DNA of 64,000 bases from Dimorphilus gyrociliatus (taxonomy: Eukaryota; Animalia; Annelida), in contig CAJFCJ010000005.1 in the NCBI GenBank assembly GCA_904063045.1, positions 3,466,165 through 3,530,164 of the forward strand, in the 5' to 3' direction. The notes below the pieces were generated by a model. It was given only the letters and a program-made list of their open reading frames with translations. It ran no database searches and had not been told where the DNA came from. A program made the translations under genes and the position numbers. The number at the start of each line of letters is the position of its first letter. The stretch's first letter is position 1. Of this stretch, positions 24,865 to 35,265 are shown piece after piece.

Positions 24865-25203
24865 AGATATTTTTGAACACTTAATATCTAAACACATTGA
24901 ATATTCTTGAGTTAGTCTTTTTGCTTTAGTGGAGCCAGATTAATTATACTCACTGTTTTTTGAATTGTAAAGTAATCATTTTTTACGAGTTGTATTGTCA
25001 ATTAATAAAAGTTTGTGTATATTGATAAACTGATGAATTAGACCATTAATCTTTAATGAAACGGATTAACTCCAGTCGTTTGTATAAGTGACCGAAAGGA
25101 TTAAGTACTCAATTCTCATTCGATATTCATTACTTAAACTGCAGTGATTCAGCTTGTGAAACTTTTACAATATCTCATGAAGATTAATGTATCATATGTG
25201 TAA

Positions 25204-25312
25204 GCCTCCATAGCTCAGGGGTTAGAGCACTGGTCTTGTATTCGAACTGCAGTGATTGCAGTAGCTTGAATGAGTTAACCAGGGGTCGTGAGTTCAATTC
25301 TCACTGGGGGCT
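25204..25312 (+). tRNA. tRNA-Thr-TGT: tRNA-Thr(UGU) with 36-nt intron (copy J)
   Basis: Intact exons. Intron TTCGAACTGCAGTGATTGCAGTAGCTTGAATGAGTT. Confidence 0.93.
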
Positions 25313-25389
25313 AGTTATTTTTTCATATTTATTATCTTAAAGATAGATAATATCTTCAAGATCAATTAACATTTATATAAATAATGTGA

Positions 25390-25498
25390 GCCTCCATAGC
25401 TCAGGGGTTAGAGCACTGGTCTTGTATTCAAGTTGCAGTAATTGCAGTAGCTTGAATGAGTTAACCAGGGGTCGTGAGTTCAATTCTCACTGGGGGCT
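25390..25498 (+). tRNA. tRNA-Thr-TGT: tRNA-Thr(UGU) with 36-nt intron (copy K)
   Basis: Intact exons. Intron TTCAAGTTGCAGTAATTGCAGTAGCTTGAATGAGTT. Confidence 0.93.
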
Positions 25499-25575
25499 AG
25501 TTATTTTTTCATATTTATTATCTTAAAGATAGATAATATCTTCAAGATCAATTAACATTTATATAAATAATGTGA

Positions 25576-25684
25576 GCCTCCATAGCTCAGGGGTTAGAGC
25601 ACTGGTCTTGTATTCAAGTTGCAGTAATTGCAGTAGCTTGAATGAGTTAACCAGGGGTCGTGAGTTCAATTCTCACTGGGGGCT
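25576..25684 (+). tRNA. tRNA-Thr-TGT: tRNA-Thr(UGU) with 36-nt intron (copy L)
   Basis: Identical to copy K. Confidence 0.93.
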
Positions 25685-25761
25685 AGTTATTTTTTCATAT
25701 TTATTATCTTAAAGATAGATAATATCTTCAAGATCAATTAACATTTATATAAATAATGTGA

Positions 25762-25870
25762 GCCTCCATAGCTCAGGGGTTAGAGCACTGGTCTTGTATT
25801 CAAGTTGCAGTAATTGCAGTAGCTTGAATGAGTTAACCAGGGGTCGTGAGTTCAATTCTCACTGGGGGCT
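25762..25870 (+). tRNA. tRNA-Thr-TGT: tRNA-Thr(UGU) with 36-nt intron (copy M)
   Basis: Identical to copy K. Confidence 0.93.
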
Positions 25871-25947
25871 AGTTATTTTTTCATATTTATTATCTTAAAG
25901 TTTGATAATATCTTCAAGATAAATTAACATTTATATAAATAATGTGA

Positions 25948-26051
25948 GCCTCCATAGATCAGGGGTTAGAGCACTGGTCTTGTATTCGAACTGCAATAAT
26001 TGCTGTAGCTTGTACATGTTAACCAGTTTCGTGAGATCAATTCTTTTAGCC
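25948..26051 (+). pseudogene. Degenerate tRNA-Thr copy (N)
   Basis: 5' half nearly intact (D-stem change ATAGATC). 3' half decayed (CCAGTTTCGTGAGATCAATTCTTTTAGCC), so the T-arm/B-box and acceptor stem are broken. Confidence 0.85.
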
Positions 26052-26232
26052 TTCTTTTTGTTGAGATAGAAAAATGATAAACTTTAAGAGATATGTTTTT
26101 AAAGTATAATAATTGTTTTTTAAGTATATTTTTATCGATAGGAAGGTTTTTGTCTTTTTACGAGAAGGAATATCACGTTTCCAATGGGTAGTTATATCAA
26201 TTTCTGACCATATATTGGCATGAAGTCGTCAA

Positions 26233-26323
26233 GCCTCCATAGCTCAGTGGTTAGAGCACTGGTCTTGTAAGTATAAGCAAGAGAGTTAACCAGGGGTCGT
26301 GAGTTCAAATCTCACTGGGGGCT
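26233..26323 (+). tRNA. tRNA-Thr-TGT: tRNA-Thr(UGU) with short 18-nt intron (copy O)
   Basis: D-loop AGTGGTTA, T-loop TTCAAAT, intron 26270-26287 AGTATAAGCAAGAGAGTT, and an immediate oligo-T terminator. Confidence 0.93.
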
Positions 26324-26702
26324 TTTTGAAAAATTTTTTGTATTCCTTTCAAGAGAAACAGGTAAAGTAAATTATAAAAGTAATAAGAAACACAGGTTAA
26401 TTATATGTTTATAATAATAAGTTAAATTATATATTTTGAACAAGCAACCTATTTATTTTTTTAAATATAAATAGAAGTATTGAATGTATACACAGTATTC
26501 GAAATTCACTTATCAACACAAATTTAATCTAAATTTAAACAATTAGTGCATTGATCTTTAGGTAAAAAAATTTGTTCCGTAAATTAATACTGAAAACAAC
26601 AACGAACAGCACCCATAATGTTCTTACACATCAAATTGTCTCTTTAAAAAAACAAAACCAAAATATATAACGTTTCGGAATGATATTAAGAACTAAAAAT
26701 TC

Positions 26703-29700
26703 TTAAAGTAAACGCTCCGTATTAGTTGATATGTTGGCATCGGGATTATTTGTTAATTCGGAGAAAAAGAATTTCAAGTGTTTCGAAGCCTGAATGTAAA
26801 AACCGTGAATAAGAAAGTTGATCAGAAAAATAATTTTTTTATAACTATAAAAAGCAAATGAACGTACCTCTTTAGACGCTTTAGGCCACATCATGTATTT
26901 ATGATATTTTGAATAGATGGAAGATTTCTGGTATGGCCTGATGTAAAGAGAAAGAAGATTACAATTAATTTCATTTTGCAAATATTCTTTAAAAAGACAA
27001 AAATACGTAAAATTATAACATACCCTCCTAATGCCGCCTCGAATGTTAGTATTGCATTATCTCTTTCGAGGGCAATAACTAAACAAGGTCCTTCAGTCAA
27101 TTCAGAGACCTATGATGATAGAATATACTTAAATTAATTATGGTCCAACGATATTGCAAATTAAAATTTACTTTGTCAAAATTACCAATATTACTCATCT
27201 TTAAGTATTCTTCAGCCTGATTAGTAGTAAATCTAATTTCTTTCATTCCAACGATTTTAAAAGAGCGTTCCATATACTCAATTATCTCTCCACAAGCAGG
27301 TCTATTAAGTAAAAGAGGAATTTAGAGAAAAGTTTTAAATATTAAAGAAATTTTCATCAGCATATACCTTTCACTTTCAAAAGCTCTTGAAACAATATGC
27401 GGTAGAAATAGTACACAATTTGTTTGTAAAAGACTCATTTGTTTCTTTTCCTTCATTTTAGCTGTAGAATTTAAATTTTTAAAATTAAATTTAATTAATT
27501 TATTATTAATAAATAATTAACAATTTATTACAAACCTTCGCAAGTATAAGTAATTGTACGGTTAGTTGAGGCTTTAATTCCTACGTCTTCATCAACACAT
27601 GGTATCGGTATCTATTGTAAATGAAAATATTATTGATAATACTAATATTTTGTTTAGAATAGCGAAATGAAATTACTTCAAGTAGATCAGAGTCATATGT
27701 GCTATCTTCACATAATCCTTGACGAAAAAAATGCTTCACTTCATACTTAGCTAATTGGTAATCTTCTGAGCCTTTTAAAATATGACAAAAATAAGATACT
27801 CTATTAGATAATATTACTTTTCCTTTGCTGTTACTTACAATATAATCCATTACAAACATTATCAGTGCCAAATACTGACCGCCATAAATTCTGATTCTGC
27901 TTTCTAGCTGTTACAGGATTATAAGGTCCAACAACATCCAAAAGCTTTTTAACAGCATTTTCTCTTTCTAAACAGAATACAACGCATGGGAAATTTATAA
28001 GTCGATCTCGAATTTTTTCAAGATGACTCTTCTCTAAGAGCTCCTCTCTTTTATTATGAACAATAGCCCATGCAATTAGCAGTATCTCATCTTCCGTTAG
28101 CATTCTCATTCGACAGTTAACAATAGCAAAACGTTCATGTAAAATTTTTTTCACAAGTTTTCCAAGCATATTTCGTTGAATAATTTCTGGTTTTGCCACT
28201 AAAATAGTAAAAAGTCGCCTTGGTTCACTTTGTAGTATCTTAAAGATATCTTCTTTGAAAAAATATTTACTGCCTTCGACTCTGTAAAAAAATGTCAAAG
28301 TATGATTTTGGGAAACAGGTTTATGAATTTTCTCCTCTTACTGAGCTGATTTGTTCACTGGCAATCTATACATTGCCGCAGGTATATACGATATGAGTGG
28401 ACGAGAATGATTATCTTCAAAAAGGTCGTCACTTGAAAAGAATAAGTTGGCATAGGTGTAAGCCAGTTCGGGTCTTGGGGAAACAATTTTATCGAGATCA
28501 TTCGGATTGAATGCTTCATTACATTTTCTTATTTTAGGTGTGCCAACAATGCTGAATAGTCGTTTGAACGCATTTATTCCTCTTACAAGCATTACAAGAG
28601 CTGGCTCTATTAAATTTTTAATAGTGTTACAGGAGTTGTAAATAGTTAAACTAAAATATTTTAAAAATGTTACATACTGTCACAAAGTGTGTCAATACTA
28701 ATTTTGTAATGCCAATCACCAGGTGAATAAGGTGTCAAGTTTCTAGATTCAAATATATCAAGCTTTGGTATCAGGCGTATTCCGAGAAGTTCAAATCCTA
28801 AATGGATAAAAATAGTATTAGAATTGATTAGAAATATAGTTTGATATTTACCGTCAAATGCATCTTGATTATGGAATAGAGATGAAGATGATTGATTGAA
28901 TTGTTGTAATCTTGCTGTAAAAGAAAAAAACAGTCAGATAATAGTAATTGCTATTTTTACATATATATCTACCAAGAATACATCCTGTTTCTTGGATCAT
29001 TCTGTCGCCGATAAAATGAACACAAGCTATTTGTTCCATTTCAGGATTACTACATATTTTCGGAGACATAAATGATGGAGGATATAAAATTGGTCCTTTT
29101 AAAGGTTTGAATACATCGTTTACGACTGAAAGTTGAGTGGTGTTCGAGATCGCTATTCCACGGATAAGAATATTTGGTATGAGAGTATATCTTGTATAAT
29201 ATTGAATATCTTCTGCAAGTAATTCAAGAATTATCATAATGCTAAGAAATATTTAAAGTTAACTTACGCCAAATATTGGCTTCGAGTAATTGACCGTAAC
29301 AGTGTAAGATAATATTTTCCAAATGGCGTTGAGCATTTTCTTTATTCAAAATTATAAAAGTTATTGGTCGGTGTCGTGCATTGGCTTCAACATTTTCAGA
29401 GTGTTGTATCCCAAACGTTTCCAAGCTCTCGTCGTTAAATCCTAATTAGATATATTAGTAAATTACTTTAATTCCTACTTTTATTTTTTATTAAATACCA
29501 AGAATTGATGCTTGTTTGGGAGTTAAATATTTCCTTTCAATGGCTTTCAATCGGAAGCCTTTCTCTTGAATAGAAGATAATAAGTATCCGAGACAACGAG
29601 TAAAAACCAAAGGAGATATCATCAGAACAACATCACTGCACGTACATGACAATAGGAAATTTGCCTTAGTCATAAATCCAATCTGCAAAAGAGAATTCCC

Positions 29701-32700
29701 TTATTTTATTATAAAATGAAAACTTGCGCAAGTATACTTACATCACCATCGTTTTTATAAGAGTTTATAATCTTTTGAACATCACATTTTGACGTTAATT
29801 TTTTAACAGGAGGACCGAACCATTTGCATATTTTACTATGAATTATTTCCGGAGTTTTCGCGCAATGCACTAAAATGTCATTGCGAGAAGATCCACCGTA
29901 TAAAGCAGAAAGAGAATTAGGATCAGTCTGCCTGGCAAGTAGAGGGTCCATGGGACCGACAGCATTAAACCAAACCTTTATGGCATTGTGGCCTCTAATG
30001 CATAAAACTAATGCACAATCAAAGGATTCATCATCTTTAACAGGATTTTTTAACGATTTCTCGTGAAATTTAACACAATCAGGGTCTTTTTTCGAGTAAT
30101 ACATCAATCTAACTCCAACTAGATCCAGTCCTTCCTTAAGAATTTGAAATAAAATTCCAAAACAAACATTTAACTTGCTAAAAGTTTTCCTGGGAATGAT
30201 ACATAAAGTATTTTCAATGGTATTTTCCATTGTTTTATTATCTAAATTAACTCCAATCGTTCTATGATAGAGAAAAGAATTATCGCTTGTTTCGTATGTA
30301 GGAGTGAAAAAAGAAGGTTCCAAATCAAAAAATCTTCTTGTTATTTCTTTATCATTAACAACCTTTATGTACGTAGCTAGAGGTTTCTGAGTAAATTCGA
30401 CTGTATGCGAGGAACCTGTGAGGAAACAAATGTTAATTGTAATAATAATAAACAATTTGAAATATATACCATTGCCGAAATAAAACGTTTCTATCCATGG
30501 ACAAACGTTTGATAAATTTTTACAAGATAAAAATTTTTGCAGCATAAGTTGAAATTGGCTAGCACCTTTCGAATCTCCTTTTCTTTTCTAAAAACGTATT
30601 TTCTTATTATAAACACTAAATATAAAATTTCTGAAATACTTTACCTTTCCAATACGATTCATAACATCCTTACTTTCAAACAGAGTATTGGGAACAACAG
30701 CGATATTCAAGTTCAACTCATCGTCTACGAGCATTTGTTGTACTCCAATTACGTGAAACGGAGGACATAACTCATTGTTTTTTGGTCCGTTAATTAGAGT
30801 CTTAAAATCTTCGGGTACTAGCTGTAGTAGCCAAATTAACAATATTTCAAAACCTGCCGGAATACGAGCTGCAAAACAAAAAATAGAGGTAAAATTAGAG
30901 TTTCTTATTTGTACAAAAAAAAAAACAATATGCTATTACTATAAGAGTTTCCCTTCTTCATCAAGATTTCACCCGGCGCTAAGAGTTTTAATTGAAGTAA
31001 GGCAATTTCTTTCTTTGCAATGACGTCATCAGGTGGCAATGTTTTCAAGTCATAATCGTCCAAATTTTTATTAGAAGTCTATTGAAAAAGGTTTTTTTTA
31101 ATAAACAAAAAAAATACTTTCTTTTCATAAAAAAAATATTACCAAATTAAATAATAAAGGAGAATTTTCGGCAGAAGGATGATTTCCTTTTAGTGAAACC
31201 TTTGGTCTCATTTTTTCTAAACCTTCATTCAACAACCTTCTAAGTTGCTTGCGTTTCTCTTCTTCTTCCAGATTTTTTCTGTATTTTATAAAGTTTTATA
31301 GAAAAAATTTTTTAATTAAAATAAATGATTAATGCCAACCTAGATAATTTGAGTTTCTTTTCTATCTCTTTTTCGCTAGTAGACGATTTCTCCGATTTCG
31401 GTTCATTAACAATTTTTATTGAACTTTCTTCAACTTTTTTCGTTTTCTTATTTGTTATATCTTTAAGAGTGACAGGGATTTCCTTGGGAGCAGAAGGAGT
31501 TTTCACAGGCTCTTTTATAGGCGTTTCAGTGCTAAAAAAAATCAGAGTATAAAAAAAAATATAGAAAATATGTTATTTATTTTCTATTAAATTGCTTACG
31601 TTGTTGATGTGGATTTTATCATTGTTTTTTCTTTGTACATTTTCCTTAATTCAGCCCAGGTCTGAGGACTTTCTTCATTGTCACTCGAATCCGACGAATT
31701 ACCAGAACTATATTATTAAAGAAATATTGTAAAAAAAACGATAGAGTATTAAAAAACTATAATACTACTCATTGTCTCGGCTAAAAATCTTCATTTTAGA
31801 AAAATTACTATCATTTCTTTCGTTTATATTACAATGTTTCACGCTATTTCTTAAATCAATTTTTCTCGTTGCTCTCTCTTTGGGATAATCCTTATTTTGC
31901 AAATTTTTATTAAGAACTCCTGAAAGTAATTAAGAAGAGATAGAAAAATGTATTAATTAATTAATTAATATTATAAATATATCTCCAAGTATAGTTACTT
32001 ACCCGTTGGTAAATTTTGCATGTCTCGTGTACTTGTTCCCCTGTTTGCACTTTGATTTGAGCCAATTTTTACATGAGCTTTAGGAGACGTACGTAGTGCT
32101 CCCGTTAATGCGTCAATGTCTGACAACTCTGTCCCGCTTTGAATAACACTCATTTCCGCAAGCTTTTGAAGTATAGTTTTACTATCGCCATCTGCAATGA
32201 ATATGAGCAGCGGAAATAGAGAATCAAAAAAAATACTTAAAAATATTTACCGAAAACTTCTTTATTAGAAACTGGATAAATTGAAGTTTCCAATTGTTCA
32301 TCAGGAATCACAGGATCTGCTAGATTATCTGAAGAAATAAAAAAGGAAAATATAGGCTTTAATTTAATAAACAAATAAAATATAATTTAACCTAAATCTT
32401 TCAAGTTATCAAAAACATTAAGTGTACCAAATTCATTTGTAAATATTTTAGAAACAACTTCTTTAGCAGAAATTTTTACATTTGAATTATTTGGAGCCTT
32501 TTCTTCATTATATATTATTGTGTCGATATTATTTGGCATTACAACCTCTTTTGATAGAGAATTTGCGTCCAGGTCCGGTGGAGAATCTTTTAATGATGTG
32601 TCAACACTTTTTGATTCTTCAATAATATCACTTGTAACATTATTCTTTAAGTTTTCAGTTTGCAAAGCATCATTTATATTTATATCACATTCCAATGCTA

Positions 32701-32927
32701 TATCACTAGTAATTGTTCTTTGATAAATTTCTGAAGATTCTTCATCAGACTGTCAGAAGTAAAAGAATGTTCTGAAACGCTTAGTTTAGAATAGACTGTT
32801 TAGAACTTACTTCGCTATTAAAGTCTACACTAGGAATAGAATTTTGTACTTCGGTATATAATGCAGATAAATTGTATCCAACCGTTGACATAGCGTTATT
32901 TGGTTTTTCGTCGTAATTTTCAGACAT
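26703..32927 (-). CDS. DNAAF8: DNAAF8/Daap1 (C16orf71)-like protein: acidic/low-complexity N-terminus plus about four tandem degenerate NDP-kinase-like domains
   Basis: N-terminus (ATG 32927) NLSALYTEVQNSIPSVDFNS resembles the DNAAF8 N-terminal motif. NDK-like blocks: LVLCIRGHNAIKVWFNAVGPMDPLLARQTDPNSLSALYG, PCVVFCLERENAVKKLLDVVGPYNPVTARK, EGPCLVIALERDNAI, and final ASKHLKFFFSEL. NDK-like content is clear; orthology is inferred. Confidence 0.6.
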
Positions 32928-33482
32928 TTCGAAAATGGACGATAATAGGGAATATCAGAAAACAAGCTAAACAGTAGTTAAATCAATGCTTCATTCATAT
33001 ATATTTTAGTGTCACCACTTAAAGTTATAAAAGTGAAGTACGTTGCTTTGAAGGTAAATCAATTAATCACGTTACAGTGCGTATTCATTTTTAAAAAAAA
33101 AAAGAAAACTTTTTACGAAAGATATAAATTCCATAGTTACGAATGCCGCAAAACATTCGTCTTTATGGAAATTCAACTTGACAAAATAATAATAGACCCT
33201 TGGTAATAAAAAATTATTAAAATATTAATATCAATTTATTAAAATTAACATTGTAATATGAATAAAGTTTTTGTACGAAAAAAACTATACCAGTTTATTC
33301 GATAATGTTTGTTTTGTGTAGGAGAATCTGCTGATTTTATTGTTGTTATTATTCACTGTTTTTAAGTGTCATTCTGAGTTAAGTTTCGGATATGTAAAGT
33401 GTGAGTTGAAGCTTTCAACTATCAACAAGGATCTATTATTTATGATTAATTTTCAGGTTTTTAAATTTCCTTAAGAGCTAAA

Positions 33483-35265
33483 ATGGAGCTCAAAGTATAC
33501 GTGGATGGTGTACCAAAAGTAGTTTGCGGCGTTACAGAATCGACAACATGCCAGGAAATTGTAGTAGCATTAGCGCACTCAATGGGTCAACCTGGTAGAT
33601 ATGCTCTAATTAAGAAATTTCGAGGTTCCGAGCATCGATTAGCAGCAAACGAAAAACCAATAGAGCTCCTCTCTCAACACGGAGATCACTCAAATAGCGT
33701 CGTCTATTTTTTACAAAATATTGAATCTGGAAGAGTACTAATGCCACCGATGAAGACCTCTTCCTTAAGAAAATCTAATACATTTACGGGAAAACACAGA
33801 GCCTCTGGAAAAAATGATAAAAAGCCTTTTTTACAATTAAACCAAAAAGAGAAATCCGCATCAATAGATAGTGGTAATCATGATAGGGCAACGCAAATGC
33901 TTGATTTCATCAACAGACAACGTGAGAAACTAGAAAAACAAGAAGTAGAGCTCAAAAAAAAAGAAAGTGGTTAGTATAGAAAGAATTTTTTTTATTCATT
34001 TTATTTTACAAAAGAAAAATCAACACAAAAAAATTCTTTTTTCATATAAAAAAAAGAGAGAAATTTTTTAGGAATGTTAAAAATGAATTGGAAATAAATA
34101 GGGAGAATTTACTATACTGTATATAATTTTATTCACGTTTGAAATCCTAGAAGAGTTATTTTTTTATGGAATTGAAAATAAATACAGCGTAGTGAATACT
34201 TAACGGTACAACATTCAGGTATAAATAGTGTGGGACAAAAAAAACCGCCTGTCTGATATTCTATTGTTACTGCTATATCATTTGTACTATGGTCGAAAAA
34301 AATGACAAAATCTTTTATGTTTATTATTATCCGTTATCTATGAAAAGGAAATGGATTGAAAGGAAACCGAGCTATTTTTCCCTATATATTTAATACTCTT
34401 ATTTCGCCTAAGTAACAAGCTATTGTTTTAATTTAATTAGCGAGTTTACTTAGCGTTGATAAAATCCTATGTGAGAAAGATAAGGAATTTGTGAATATAT
34501 TTGATGATTAGCTATTTATCAAACGATTTTAGTCTTATCACTAAATTAGCCTTCGATAATTTCAAGTACTATATTCTAGTATAAGTTATTTATACACATA
34601 TCATTTACTGTAAAATATTTTATTATATTTATTAAGGCTTATAATTTTTGCAATCCTATCCTTTTTCTCTTACAGAGATTAGACACAGGGAAAGATCACT
34701 GCCAAATCATAAAACGCCGGATAATCAGAAAATATTGCCGTCTGTATCCGAAGAAATGCTTGTTCAACTTGATAATGAAATTCAAATGCTTGAGTCTCAG
34801 AAGAAAAGTGATAAAATCAGGTTAAATCAGTGTTCAGAGGATTTAATCAATTATGAGTCAAAATTAACTCAATTACACAAAAATTTATCGAGTAAATTAG
34901 AAAATATAAGCAATATTGAAAAATTAATCGATAAAGAACGAACCGATTCTGAACAACTTGTTGAAGAGTTGAATAGGGTTCAAAAGGACTTAATTAAAGC
35001 GAAGGAGAAAGGAGGAACATTTGAGAGTGAACAAATTGCCATCGAAAATGAAATTCAAAAATTAACTCAACTTTTACAAAAGAAGAAAGAATATTATTCT
35101 AATTTAGGCAAAGAGGTTATAGAAATGAATTATATAGTTTTTGAAGAAAGCGAAGACACGCAAGTTATAATTAATCCACTACCTAATCAAACCTTAGAGA
35201 AAGCAGAACTTTCACCCTTTGGCGTTCAAATATCAACCCCACATCCTCAAGGTTTGTGGGTATAA
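33483..35265 (+). CDS. RASSF8: Ras-association domain protein RASSF7/8, 2 exons
   Basis: MELKVYVDGVPKVVCGVTESTTCQEIVVALAH matches the RASSF7/8 N-terminal RA domain. Coiled-coil second exon ends PQGLWV* (RASSF8 ends PEGIYV). Phase-1 join AGTG|GTTAGT...TTACAG|AGATT. Confidence 0.88.

Larger units (their letters stand above)
24743..25498 (+). repeat. Right arm of ~756-bp inverted repeat (tRNAs I, J, K and spacers)
   Basis: Reverse complement of 21440-22195, including the 339-bp non-tRNA spacer 24865-25203 = 21735-22073. Confidence 0.92.
25204..26051 (+). repeat. 186-bp tandem repeat of tRNA plus spacer (starts 25204, 25390, 25576, 25762, 25948)
   Basis: Exact 186-bp periodicity. Units K, L and M are essentially identical. 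Confidence 0.92.

Noticed and set aside
21440-25498. Inverted repeat as terminal inverted repeats of a DNA transposon or foldback element
   Set aside because: The arms are made of tRNA units. No transposase and no evident target-site duplication. The enclosed DNA is a host gene 5' end.
21440-26323. CRISPR-like appearance (constant ~37-nt blocks separated by variable 36-nt segments)
   Set aside because: The constant blocks are tRNA 5' and 3' exons that join into a perfect cloverleaf. The genome is eukaryotic and has no cas genes.
34441-34471. Candidate micro-exon in the RASSF intron
   Set aside because: Inclusion creates a TAG at the junction. The direct exon 1-exon 2 join is already in frame.
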